Of a stretch of 64,000 nt of DNA, positions 8,374 to 17,567 are shown one piece after another (within the stretch, counting starts at the first letter, position 1; each line of letters starts with the position of its first letter). Under the pieces are notes generated by a model, which made no database searches, was not told where the DNA came from, and worked only from the letters and a program-made list of their open reading frames with translations. This DNA comes from Silvanigrellaceae bacterium (GTDB lineage Bacteria; Bdellovibrionota_B; Oligoflexia; Silvanigrellales; Silvanigrellaceae): NCBI GenBank assembly GCA_044376695.1, contig JBILKM010000007.1, forward strand, positions 10,752-74,751, written 5' to 3'. Made by a program: the position numbers and the translations under genes.

Positions 8374-10482
8374 ATGGTTTACAGGACGCGCTCAAAATAT
8401 ACACCGGGGGGCGGTGTGCTAGCCTTTTTTGAGCAGGTCTCAAGATTCGTCTCCCTGTCTGTCGCGATCTGGATTGGCGTTTCGCTTTTCTTCGTTCTTT
8501 TCGTCGCTGATGGCAAGATCACTGATTCATTAGATCTTAGATTGTTTCGTGGGCTGTTTTCGGAATGGCGTCTTTTCTGGACATCACTCATGCTTGTGGG
8601 TTTGAGCGGCTTGATGGGCGTCTTGATATCTTTGCCTGCATCCTTTCTTCTGCTTTTAAGCCGTCAATACCTCGACTTTCAATTGATGCGTTCCTCACGT
8701 CGCGGCAATTTTTTCAGAGTGCAGTTGATAAAATATTTGCCCTCGGTGGTGCTGATCTTTTCTCACGTCGCAGTGTTTTCGCTCAATATTATTTCAGCCC
8801 CGCAGTTGACTCGCCCATGGCTCAAAGAGGGCAGTCGTGTTTCAGAACTTTTGGCGGGTGGTCATTTTGTTTTGAGCTCACTGACCCGCCGCGCAGCTGT
8901 CGCTGCAGACAGCGAAGATAAGAACCGGGCAGCTGGGTCTCAGGGCACAGCTCAAGGTGCTCCACAACAGATGCACATTATACTTATTCCTGCCGAACAA
9001 ATGGAGAGTGAAGAGTTTTTGCTCGAACAAGCAAAACTTCCCGATGCAGTGCGGGTGCCCTTCGTAATCCCTAAATCATCAGTTTTTGAGCAGCTTGACA
9101 CGCTTCTCGAGAGCACTCACGGACGCACCCCTGAGCTTGCGCGTAAGATTCTTCTGAGGCCACGAGATTACACAAAGCTTGTGAGTGACGGAAAGGCTCA
9201 AGTTGTCGTTTCTGTTTCGCCACAAATACGGTTTGGAAATCAACTTGTAGGCTATGGCACCGAGAATCTAGGTGACTTCAATGAGTCGCTTTTAGTTCAA
9301 GAAGCACAGCGCCGGCTGGCTCTTTCGCAAATTCATCTCTTTGGACTCTTTCGCGCTTTTGATGGTGTTCCATTTGGTGGGTCGGGGTTGAGCTGGATTA
9401 ATCTCGTCGCTGATGATGTGATCCGTCTGAGGAAGAATGCTGCACTTGCAACTGGTCTAAATCAGAATGTCAATTCGCTTGTGATTGTTCAGCTTGCCGG
9501 GATGGAAAAAGAATTTCGCAGTGTTCGTTCGCCTTTTCGTCCGTCTGGTTGGATGCTGACGAAGGCGTCATATGAGTCGAGGATTGTAAACAAAAACCTT
9601 GTCAGAGAGCTCATACAATATCTCCATGACGTCGGGGCACGTGACAAAGCCTCGTGGATGATTTTGCCTTATGCGGATGATCAACGCACAAACCCGCGGA
9701 GTTTTGCTCTCATTTCATCTCGTTCTGATTTGGCGCAGAACATTCGCCAATCCTCGGGAGTTGAGATTGGATTTTTGAGCGCAGATATCGCGCGCGAGCT
9801 TTCCCGTCATTTTGAAGAGAATCCATCAGCCATCAAAGGCCCAGCAACGGTGGCCAATGCATTGCCATCAACAGCATCAGTGACACCCACGGGAGAGCGA
9901 CTCAGCTGCGTTGAAACAGAAGTTGATTTCGCCGACGCAGGCTTCAAATTCCAGCCGGTCGATCTGCGCGAGCGAAGTTTGGGACAATTGCTCAATTCTC
10001 TGCCGGCGATGCCAGATTCTGATCTTGCTGTGCTCGGCAAAAGCATGTCGAGCCTGGTGTCGCGTGAATTGGGACTTGGCTTTCTGTGCCGAACCTGGAA
10101 TCAATCGATCGAAGAAGTTTATCTCCTAAAGTACAAGGGGATTTACGGTTGGTCGGGAGCTTCAAAAGGGCTGCGACAGGGTGGGTCGGTGCTACTCAAC
10201 CGAGCCTCGCAACAGAGTGCTGGAGAGCTCGGTCGCGGGACACGCGCGCGGTCGACCGTTGCTTCTGTGGCTCAGGTTCCTGCTTCCGTGCAGAAGATTC
10301 AAACTGAGGTACTCGAAGAGTTTGTTGTTCTTCATCTTGTTCCCGAGCAGTCGGAAGGACGTGATGCCGCGGTGTGGTCTTGGCGTCGACTGGATTCACG
10401 CGAGAGTCAGTATTTCTTTTCCAAATTTCAGACGGATGCTCTGCATGCAATTGAGCTCTCTGCGCGAGCGAGGATTCGCTAA
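8374..10482 (+). CDS. Hypothetical large membrane protein (about 4 N-terminal TM segments plus a roughly 500-aa soluble domain)
   Basis: ATG 8374 is the first start outside the divergent hutH. N-terminal hydrophobic segments (VSLSVAIWIGVSLFFVLFV, LMLVGLSGLMGVLISLPASFLLLL, LPSVVLIFSHVAVFSL). No family motif recognised with confidence. Confidence 0.7.
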   Translation: MVYRTRSKYTPGGGVLAFFEQVSRFVSLSVAIWIGVSLFFVLFVADGKITDSLDLRLFRGLFSEWRLFWTSLMLVGLSGLMGVLISLPASFLLLLSRQYLDFQLMRSSRRGNFFRVQLIKYLPSVVLIFSHVAVFSLNIISAPQLTRPWLKEGSRVSELLAGGHFVLSSLTRRAAVAADSEDKNRAAGSQGTAQGAPQQMHIILIPAEQMESEEFLLEQAKLPDAVRVPFVIPKSSVFEQLDTLLESTHGRTPELARKILLRPRDYTKLVSDGKAQVVVSVSPQIRFGNQLVGYGTENLGDFNESLLVQEAQRRLALSQIHLFGLFRAFDGVPFGGSGLSWINLVADDVIRLRKNAALATGLNQNVNSLVIVQLAGMEKEFRSVRSPFRPSGWMLTKASYESRIVNKNLVRELIQYLHDVGARDKASWMILPYADDQRTNPRSFALISSRSDLAQNIRQSSGVEIGFLSADIARELSRHFEENPSAIKGPATVANALPSTASVTPTGERLSCVETEVDFADAGFKFQPVDLRERSLGQLLNSLPAMPDSDLAVLGKSMSSLVSRELGLGFLCRTWNQSIEEVYLLKYKGIYGWSGASKGLRQGGSVLLNRASQQSAGELGRGTRARSTVASVAQVPASVQKIQTEVLEEFVVLHLVPEQSEGRDAAVWSWRRLDSRESQYFFSKFQTDALHAIELSARARIR

Positions 10483-13400
10483 ATGACAAGACGGACTGGA
10501 ACGCGCCTCAATTTCTTGTTGACTTTGGCTTCGGCTAGCGTGCTCATCTTGGCTGGTGGTGCTTGGCTCATGAGTCGGTACCCTTGGCCGATTTTTCTTG
10601 CTGATTTTTCACTTGCACGTGTTTCGACTTTTGTTGGTCATTGGCCCTTGCCCTCGCTTGAGGAGGACAAGCAAGAGCGCAAGAAGCTTAAGCGCTTTCC
10701 ACGCTCTGAACAGCAGCGCAGGTTGGGACTCATCATGCGCCGCATGGATTATCTAACTGTTCCACTGTTTGATTTTTTTCTTGACCCAGGGATCCAATTT
10801 ATCTCTCCTGAAATTCCGGTCGGTGTCCCTGCTCGTTCACCGTTAATTTGGCCATCACTTCCCACAAGACGAAGAATGGGAAGCGAGGAAACCCAATTCA
10901 GAGACGTGGGTTACTTTGTGCTGCCGACATCCTCGGGTGCTCAGTGCATTGAGGGTGTGAACATGTCTGCAGGTGAGGAAATTCGTGTCAACCTTCCTGT
11001 GGCGCGCAATAAGCGCAATATCGTGTTCACGGTTGTGCCCCTCGCGCCTGCCAATTTGAGAGCATGGCTGGGACAATTTAGTTGGGCAAGGCAATTTACC
11101 GATGCCGACGTTCATCGGCCTCAGTTTGTTTCCATTCCTGTAAACGATCCTGCAGCTAGTATGCTGCGTTTGAGTTTGGGTACAGGACAAATTCTTCTGA
11201 CCTCTGCTTCGATTTCTCAATGGGATAGATCTGGACGTCTGCCGATCCAGCTGGGAACCGCCAGTTCCTTGTGGCGTTCTGCCAATGAGGATGCTGCCGA
11301 AACGACGGACGCAGCGGGAAATGTTGGTGAGCAGATGAGTGAAGAAGTTGCGCCCGGTGCAGCGGCCTCGGCAGAGGAGGCTCAGTTGGCCGGTGGAAAT
11401 ATTCCCCCTCCAGGTACAGTTGCAACTGACGCAAGCTCTGCAATGCAGGGAAGCAGCGGAGCGATGAATACTTCCGCTAACCCAAGCACTCCAGGTGGGC
11501 AAAATAGCCCCAAAGCAGCAGACCCCGTCAAAGGAAAAGAACAGAAAGGGAAGCCCGCTACAACTGCAGCAGGTGAGGATCTTCTCGATCCCGTTTCAGT
11601 GAAATTCAATCAAGTTTTACCTGTGGAAGGTCAAAAATCAGTTGCTATTGGCTACAATCTGCTTTTCATGCAGCTCGATCCGCTGTTCAATGCGGTGGTC
11701 GCAGACGAAACTCTGCTTGCTGCGCTTGCACCAAATCTGCAGGCTTTTTTGAATCACTCGTTGACATTCAATGTGAGTCTACCTGAATTCAAGCAGGGTT
11801 TTGAGCTTTACCAACATTCTATTGTGCGTCAGTTTGGTGATTACATTCCGGTCAACTTGCCCATTCTGACTAAGGATTTGATTTCAAGAACCTCTGTATT
11901 CAATCTGTATCAAGAATTTCGAAATTTCGGATACAAGGTTGTGAGCTTTGCACCTCCGCACGCATTGGCTTTTCCGGAAGCACTGTCCTACGGCTCTGAA
12001 ATTCCGACTGTTGCAGGCCGTTGGCTCGACAATAATGATTGGCGATTCGTGGCGCGGCGTAAGGAACTTGATCAGCAGAACGAGCCTGCAAGCGGTCTGG
12101 AAGCTATTTTCAAGAATGAGCGCGATGCCAAGGCTGCAGCGGTTGATGATGATGACTTCGAAAAAATGTCGAGGCTCCTCTCAGGCCTCGAAAGCCAGAG
12201 TGATGCTGTCCCGGACTGGCGTGCAAACGAACTCTCTGTTGTAAGTTCAAAAAGTCATTATTTGCCGCGCCTTGTTGATAGTTTTCAGCGATGGACGAAG
12301 GACAACGCTCAGGCTCGATTCTTCGCTCATGTATATCTTCAGAATGACGACCCGACGGTGCGTCCCTCTTTCAAGGATTTTCTTAGGGTCTTCAAACACA
12401 GGAAGTTTAAAACATTTGCTACGCCGGCTCAGACCGAAAAGTATGCGCGGATCGTAATGCTGGATCGTGTGTTCGGTTGGATGATTGATAATCTGGTGGC
12501 TCGCCGCAGCTATCACCGCACTGTGGTGTCTGTGCTTTTGCCTCCTTCAACGAAGGAAAAAGGAGCGCGCAGCCCAATTGGTCAGTTCCATGTTGCGATT
12601 CCAGGTCTTGTCGGAAAGAAAAGCAGCGGTTCCAAGCCAAGCACCCTTGATGATGGTCTTGCGACGATGGCTCAGGCGGTGGGCGTGCAACTGATGCGGA
12701 ATGACGCCGAGGACCGTGTGATTTTTCGTGGGGAGAGCCTCGACTCTGAGCCGACTGCTGTTTCGGACAAAGGCCAGAAGGTAGCAGCAGTGGTTGGTGA
12801 CCTGTCGAAAGCCAAAAAACTAGAGAAGACCGACTCTGAAAAGACATCCCCTGCATCGAAAGGTGCGTTGGGCAGCGGGTCGTCATCTCCTGGCCTATCT
12901 GGCGAGAGTGGAGTGACTGAAGCGACTGGGCAGAACGTCTCGCCGTATCCTCAACAAGTGAGCCGTTTTCGAATGATCGTTTTGCCGCGAGCTGCGGGTT
13001 GTCAGTCATTCGAGTGGACTGCATCGACTCCCTATTTTGGCTTGAAGTCGAGTCAGCCCATTGTCGAGGAACCGGCACCACGTGGTCGGGTCATTCGGGT
13101 TTTTCCATGTGGTTTGAGGGATCAGGTCATTGAATTAACTTGGTTTCAATCACATGAAGCTCCGAGCAGTTCTGGGGTTAACGCCACCAAGGCGGCCAAC
13201 TGGATGGGTGGAACTTTGAATTTCAATTTACCTGCGGGTGCCAGCGAGCCTCAGGATGCGCCATTCTTTTTGGTTGGACCGCAGGCGTTGAGCCTTGATG
13301 CTCTGCCTATGCGTCTTGAATCATTTCTTCCAGCCGAGATTCCGCAGCTTTTTGATCTCGAGACTAAGAAGATTGTGGAGAGCGAAACGCTGGCACGGCT

Positions 13401-13485
13401 TCTGAATCTGAATTCTCAAATGCAGAGTGCACAACTTTCGGCAAGAACGCTTGTCTATTTTTTCAGAGAACCAGTGCGCAGGTAA
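10483..13485 (+). CDS. Hypothetical 1000-aa signal-anchored protein with low-complexity linkers
   Basis: The ATG directly abuts the stop of the preceding gene (TAAATG). N-terminal anchor LNFLLTLASASVLILAGGAWL. A/S/G/P/T-rich stretches at about aa 270-360 and 740-800. Confidence 0.75.
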   Translation: MTRRTGTRLNFLLTLASASVLILAGGAWLMSRYPWPIFLADFSLARVSTFVGHWPLPSLEEDKQERKKLKRFPRSEQQRRLGLIMRRMDYLTVPLFDFFLDPGIQFISPEIPVGVPARSPLIWPSLPTRRRMGSEETQFRDVGYFVLPTSSGAQCIEGVNMSAGEEIRVNLPVARNKRNIVFTVVPLAPANLRAWLGQFSWARQFTDADVHRPQFVSIPVNDPAASMLRLSLGTGQILLTSASISQWDRSGRLPIQLGTASSLWRSANEDAAETTDAAGNVGEQMSEEVAPGAAASAEEAQLAGGNIPPPGTVATDASSAMQGSSGAMNTSANPSTPGGQNSPKAADPVKGKEQKGKPATTAAGEDLLDPVSVKFNQVLPVEGQKSVAIGYNLLFMQLDPLFNAVVADETLLAALAPNLQAFLNHSLTFNVSLPEFKQGFELYQHSIVRQFGDYIPVNLPILTKDLISRTSVFNLYQEFRNFGYKVVSFAPPHALAFPEALSYGSEIPTVAGRWLDNNDWRFVARRKELDQQNEPASGLEAIFKNERDAKAAAVDDDDFEKMSRLLSGLESQSDAVPDWRANELSVVSSKSHYLPRLVDSFQRWTKDNAQARFFAHVYLQNDDPTVRPSFKDFLRVFKHRKFKTFATPAQTEKYARIVMLDRVFGWMIDNLVARRSYHRTVVSVLLPPSTKEKGARSPIGQFHVAIPGLVGKKSSGSKPSTLDDGLATMAQAVGVQLMRNDAEDRVIFRGESLDSEPTAVSDKGQKVAAVVGDLSKAKKLEKTDSEKTSPASKGALGSGSSSPGLSGESGVTEATGQNVSPYPQQVSRFRMIVLPRAAGCQSFEWTASTPYFGLKSSQPIVEEPAPRGRVIRVFPCGLRDQVIELTWFQSHEAPSSSGVNATKAANWMGGTLNFNLPAGASEPQDAPFFLVGPQALSLDALPMRLESFLPAEIPQLFDLETKKIVESETLARLLNLNSQMQSAQLSARTLVYFFREPVRR

Positions 13486-13486
13486 A

Positions 13487-14296
13487 TTATGAGTTGTTGC
13501 GGTGAACCGTCCACGGATTTCCCTGCTGGCGTGGCTTGATGATGAGTTCGTCGATGTTGATATGCCGTGAGAGCTGTAGGGCATAAACAAGCGTATCGGC
13601 AATGTCGCCGCCATCCAGAGCCTCGATGCCCTCGTAAACCTTTTGGGCTTTTTCGGAATTGCCGTTGAAGCGAATGAGGCTGAATTCCGTTTCAACCATT
13701 CCAGGTGAGAGCATGATCACACGGATGTTATGGCCAACAGTTTCAAGCCTTAAGGCCTCATGGAAAGCGCGTACAGCATGTTTTGAGGCGCAGTAAACTG
13801 CACCATTTTGGTAGGCACTATGCCCAGCAACACTCGACAAAACGACAATGTCGCCGCCCCCGTTCGAGACCATGTGTTTTACGGCCTCTTGGCTGATGCG
13901 AAAGGCTGCATTGACATTGGTTTGCAGCATTTTATCCCAGTCGGAGGGGTCGGAGTTCACAACGTGTGCGAGTCCGAGTGCAAGGCCTGCATTATTCACG
14001 AGGATGTCTATGGAAAACGCTCCCGCACCGAGGAGAGTTTCAGTAGCATCAGAGGCTGTGAGATCGAGAGCGAAGGTTCGGATAGTGAGGTTTGGATTTA
14101 GATTCAGCAATTCAGACTTGAGCTCGTTTAAGCGTTCTTTTCGTCTTGCGACGAGGTGCAGATGACAACCCTCAAGTGCGAGCCGAACGGCAGTCGCAAG
14201 CCCGATGCCTGACGAGGCACCTGTGATGAGTGCCGTTTTGCCGCGCAGTGCGCGGCCTCGAGGTTGTAGCGCTGCCTGAATTTGGTTTTTGATCAT
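13487..14296 (-). CDS. Short-chain dehydrogenase/reductase (YdfG / serine 3-dehydrogenase-like)
   Basis: TGASSGIG cofactor motif, NNAG, and the catalytic YCASK. Confidence 0.85.
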   Translation of the reverse strand: MIKNQIQAALQPRGRALRGKTALITGASSGIGLATAVRLALEGCHLHLVARRKERLNELKSELLNLNPNLTIRTFALDLTASDATETLLGAGAFSIDILVNNAGLALGLAHVVNSDPSDWDKMLQTNVNAAFRISQEAVKHMVSNGGGDIVVLSSVAGHSAYQNGAVYCASKHAVRAFHEALRLETVGHNIRVIMLSPGMVETEFSLIRFNGNSEKAQKVYEGIEALDGGDIADTLVYALQLSRHINIDELIIKPRQQGNPWTVHRNNS

Positions 14297-14305
14297 GAGT
14301 TCAAA

Positions 14306-16156
14306 TCATTTCACAGAAGACACATAGTTGTGGATTGTTTTGCGGAAAGTGCTGACCCGTTCAACGCTTTGTTCGTAGGCTCCCTGCGAAGATAAACCGC
14401 CACCAACAGGCGTACAGACCGAAATGTAGAATTTTATTTTCGGTTCAGTACCGCTCGGACGCATTGATATCTTGCTTCCGTCGACCAATTCTAGCTGGAG
14501 AACGTCTGACTTCGGCAATTGAGCGAAAGTTTCGATTTCGCCCATCTTTTTGCCGGCTAGGTGTTTTTTTGTCTGAAATTTATAGTCCAGTAGTGCCTGA
14601 ACTGGGGTTCCTGCAAATGTAGGCAATGGAGAATTACGCATTGCTGTCATGAGGCGTGCAATACGCTGTGCACCTTCTTCGCCCTCGAGATCAACCGTAA
14701 TGAGATCTTCCTGCCATGCTCCGTGCTTTTCAAACAATTCAAGCAGCACATCGCAGTGAGTCAGGCCCTTGCTCTTGAAGGAGGCCGACATTTCCACAGC
14801 CTGACAGAGTGCGCCAATGCCGTCTTTGTCACGAACGTAGTCGCCAGGCATGAAGCCGAAACTTTCTTCTGTGCCAAAAAGGTATTTGTGATCTGTTTTT
14901 CCCTGCCGTTCCCACTCATTGACGACTCCGGCGATCCATTTGAAGCCCGTCAGGGTATCAAAGATTTCGATGTCGTGGCTCGCGCAAATACGGGCATGGA
15001 GATCGGAGGTCACAATGGTCTTAATGATTTTGTGCTGTGGCTTGAGGCTTCCCTGCGCTTTGCGTTGAGATAAAAGGTAGTGAATCATCAGCGCGCCGGT
15101 CTGGTTGCCATTCAAGAAAACGTATTCACCGAAAGCCTGGTGCTTGAATGCTCCCTGTGCGGCTTTGGGATCGCGCACGACCAGAGCGAGGCGATCGGAA
15201 TCGGGATCGGTTGCAAGAACAATATCAGCCTTGCGGTTGCGAGCCTGCTGAATAGCCAACTCTAAGGCTGAGGGTTCCTCTGGGTTGGGTTTCTTCACAG
15301 TCGGGAAGTGGCCGTTGGGTTCCTCTTGCTCCGGGACAATATGCAGATTTTTGTATCCCCAGGAATCGAGTGCGCGGCGGGTTGGGAGTGCACCCGTGCC
15401 GTGCAGAGGTGTGTAAACGATGCTGATGTCTTTGTTCAGATGAGGCTCGAGTTGGAGCTCTTTAACCTTCTCGAAATAGGCATCGACGGTAGCAGTCGGC
15501 ACGTTCTTGATAAGATTTTTTGATACGCCATCTTGATAGCTCGTTGACCGGGCTTGGTCGTATCGAGTTACAGCAAAGACTTCCGCAAGAATTGCGGAGT
15601 CGTGTGGTGGCGTGATTTGCGCACCGTCTTCCCAATAGACTTTGTAGCCATTGTACTGGGGAGGATTGTGGCTTGCAGTAATACACAGTCCGCCAATGCA
15701 TTTGAGATTACGCACTGCAAAAGACAAGCACGGTGTGGTTTGAATGTGATCAAATAGATAGACTTGGATGCCATTGGCTGCGAGTACACAGGCTGCCTGC
15801 TCCGCGAAAAAGCGAGAGGAGAGTCGGCTGTCGTAGGCAATCGCGACACCGCGGCGTTGTGCTTCGGAACCTTGCTTGAGAATGTAGTTGGCGAAACCCT
15901 GTGTCGCCTTGCGAATAACGGGGCCGTTCATGCGATTGCTACCCGCACCGACAACTCCACGTAGTCCACCTGTTCCGAACTCGAGTTCTCTCCAGAAACG
16001 ATCGCGTAATTCCTGAGCACTGTTTTGCTCAACAAGATTTTGAATTTCGGTTTTACCCTCAGCTTCAACGCTGGCATCGCTCATCCAGAGTCCGATGCGG
16101 TCGGCAGCTTCACCCAGCTGCTCGCGAAGGTTTTGGGGAATGTTGATGGTTGTCAT
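14306..16156 (-). CDS. Alpha-D-phosphohexomutase (phosphoglucomutase/phosphomannomutase family)
   Basis: Phosphoserine loop ITASHNPPQYNGYK, Mg loop ATDPDSDRLA, sugar loop GTEESFGF, phosphate loop RPSGTEPKIKFY. ATGA overlap with the upstream gene. Confidence 0.9.
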   Translation of the reverse strand: MTTINIPQNLREQLGEAADRIGLWMSDASVEAEGKTEIQNLVEQNSAQELRDRFWRELEFGTGGLRGVVGAGSNRMNGPVIRKATQGFANYILKQGSEAQRRGVAIAYDSRLSSRFFAEQAACVLAANGIQVYLFDHIQTTPCLSFAVRNLKCIGGLCITASHNPPQYNGYKVYWEDGAQITPPHDSAILAEVFAVTRYDQARSTSYQDGVSKNLIKNVPTATVDAYFEKVKELQLEPHLNKDISIVYTPLHGTGALPTRRALDSWGYKNLHIVPEQEEPNGHFPTVKKPNPEEPSALELAIQQARNRKADIVLATDPDSDRLALVVRDPKAAQGAFKHQAFGEYVFLNGNQTGALMIHYLLSQRKAQGSLKPQHKIIKTIVTSDLHARICASHDIEIFDTLTGFKWIAGVVNEWERQGKTDHKYLFGTEESFGFMPGDYVRDKDGIGALCQAVEMSASFKSKGLTHCDVLLELFEKHGAWQEDLITVDLEGEEGAQRIARLMTAMRNSPLPTFAGTPVQALLDYKFQTKKHLAGKKMGEIETFAQLPKSDVLQLELVDGSKISMRPSGTEPKIKFYISVCTPVGGGLSSQGAYEQSVERVSTFRKTIHNYVSSVK

Positions 16157-17511
16157 TTCGCCTGGGCCTTTCTCAGCTCCTGAATGTTTTCTGAGACAGA
16201 GTTCAGGAATCTTTGAATTTTGACTCGTGTGAAGCTGTCTGTCTCAGGGTATCGAGTCAGAATATTTTCCAAGATTTGTTTGCATTGAGTGAAACTGTCA
16301 AGCTTTGCCTGTTTGTCTGGAGAATTTGTTCCTCTCTGGTAAAGCTCGTTGGCTTTTCTACGCAGGTCGCGGATGTGGGCTTCGGAGGCCTCGCGCCTAA
16401 GCCGGCGTGTGACGTCTGTTTTTTGTGCATCTGCAAGACTATCAAGAGTTTCAACAGCTTCTCCAGGTTTTCCATCGTTGAGGGATACCCTCGCTAACTG
16501 GAGTGCTCGTTCAGAGGTCAGATCGCCTTTTTCTGTGTTGACCGTATTGGCCAGAGCGACCGGGCTGCATTGAGTTGCGGGAGTATCGGCTATTTGCTGC
16601 TTGGTGCTCTGCAAGGTTCCCACGAGAGCATCGATTCTTGCCTGATGTGCACGGCTTGGAAACATTTTACGCAGTTTGCTGGCGAGCTCGTCGGTTGCGA
16701 GCGTGTCTCCTTTAAGACGGAGTTCTTCGAGTGCTGAGAGTTGGCTCGCGAAAGCAAGTTCAAATGCTGAAAACAGCTTGAGTCGAACTGCTTGCAATCT
16801 GTCCTTGAGGGAGCCTGAAGCCTGAGACAATAATTCATCGAATTTGGTGAGAGCAGCAGCTTGTGTCATGGGATCCGACAAGTTGCTACGCACGTCACGC
16901 AAAAGTGCTAGCTGTCCTCCACTCAGTGCTGACTCAATTCCTTGAAGTTCGGTGCGCAAGGTTTGGCCTGAAACCATGTTCATGAATTGCAAAGCAGACA
17001 GACTGAGGGCCTTTGCAAACGCCTGTCGCGAGGATTGAGCTTCGCCTGCAGAGGCTAGTGCTTCAGCCCGCAGGAGCTCAAGATAGCTCGGATCAAAAAG
17101 AGGAGCTTCATTCTTGAGAGTCTGCTCGATGACTGTGTTGAGCTTCTGGAGGAGCTCTTTATCAGTGGGATCCTTTTGTTGTGCGCACCACAGCGAAGCC
17201 AAAAGGACGCTGCTCGAGTACCATGCAGGTGCCGCCACGAGGCGCTTTTCCAGAGTTCTGACAGTTTCACAATCCCGCTTTGCAAGAGCAGTTTCAAACT
17301 GAGTCACGAAAGCCAGGTCTGGTGGTTCGGTCTGATTTCCGGAGGGTTGCTTCGGCTCTGCTGCAGAGTCTGTTTTTGGAGAAGTTGAGGTCGAGGTGTC
17401 GGTACTTCCAATCACCTGAGGAGGTGGAACAGGTCCCTGTGTGGCGCAGGCTGCAATAAATTGAAGGCCGACCAGACTTGCCAGAAATTGGCGCAAAATG
17501 GGGTTTTTCAT
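16153..17511 (-). CDS. Hypothetical helical lipoprotein
   Basis: Signal peptide MKNPILRQFLASLVGLQFIAAC with lipobox IAAC. GGAG lies 9 nt upstream of ATG 17511. The remainder is Ala/Leu/Gln-rich and looks helical or TPR-like. Confidence 0.6.
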   Translation of the reverse strand: MKNPILRQFLASLVGLQFIAACATQGPVPPPQVIGSTDTSTSTSPKTDSAAEPKQPSGNQTEPPDLAFVTQFETALAKRDCETVRTLEKRLVAAPAWYSSSVLLASLWCAQQKDPTDKELLQKLNTVIEQTLKNEAPLFDPSYLELLRAEALASAGEAQSSRQAFAKALSLSALQFMNMVSGQTLRTELQGIESALSGGQLALLRDVRSNLSDPMTQAAALTKFDELLSQASGSLKDRLQAVRLKLFSAFELAFASQLSALEELRLKGDTLATDELASKLRKMFPSRAHQARIDALVGTLQSTKQQIADTPATQCSPVALANTVNTEKGDLTSERALQLARVSLNDGKPGEAVETLDSLADAQKTDVTRRLRREASEAHIRDLRRKANELYQRGTNSPDKQAKLDSFTQCKQILENILTRYPETDSFTRVKIQRFLNSVSENIQELRKAQAK

Positions 17512-17567
17512 TAAAGTTTGCTCCATGAGGCACCTTCGCAATCTGCGCGAAGAATGGCCCACGGATG

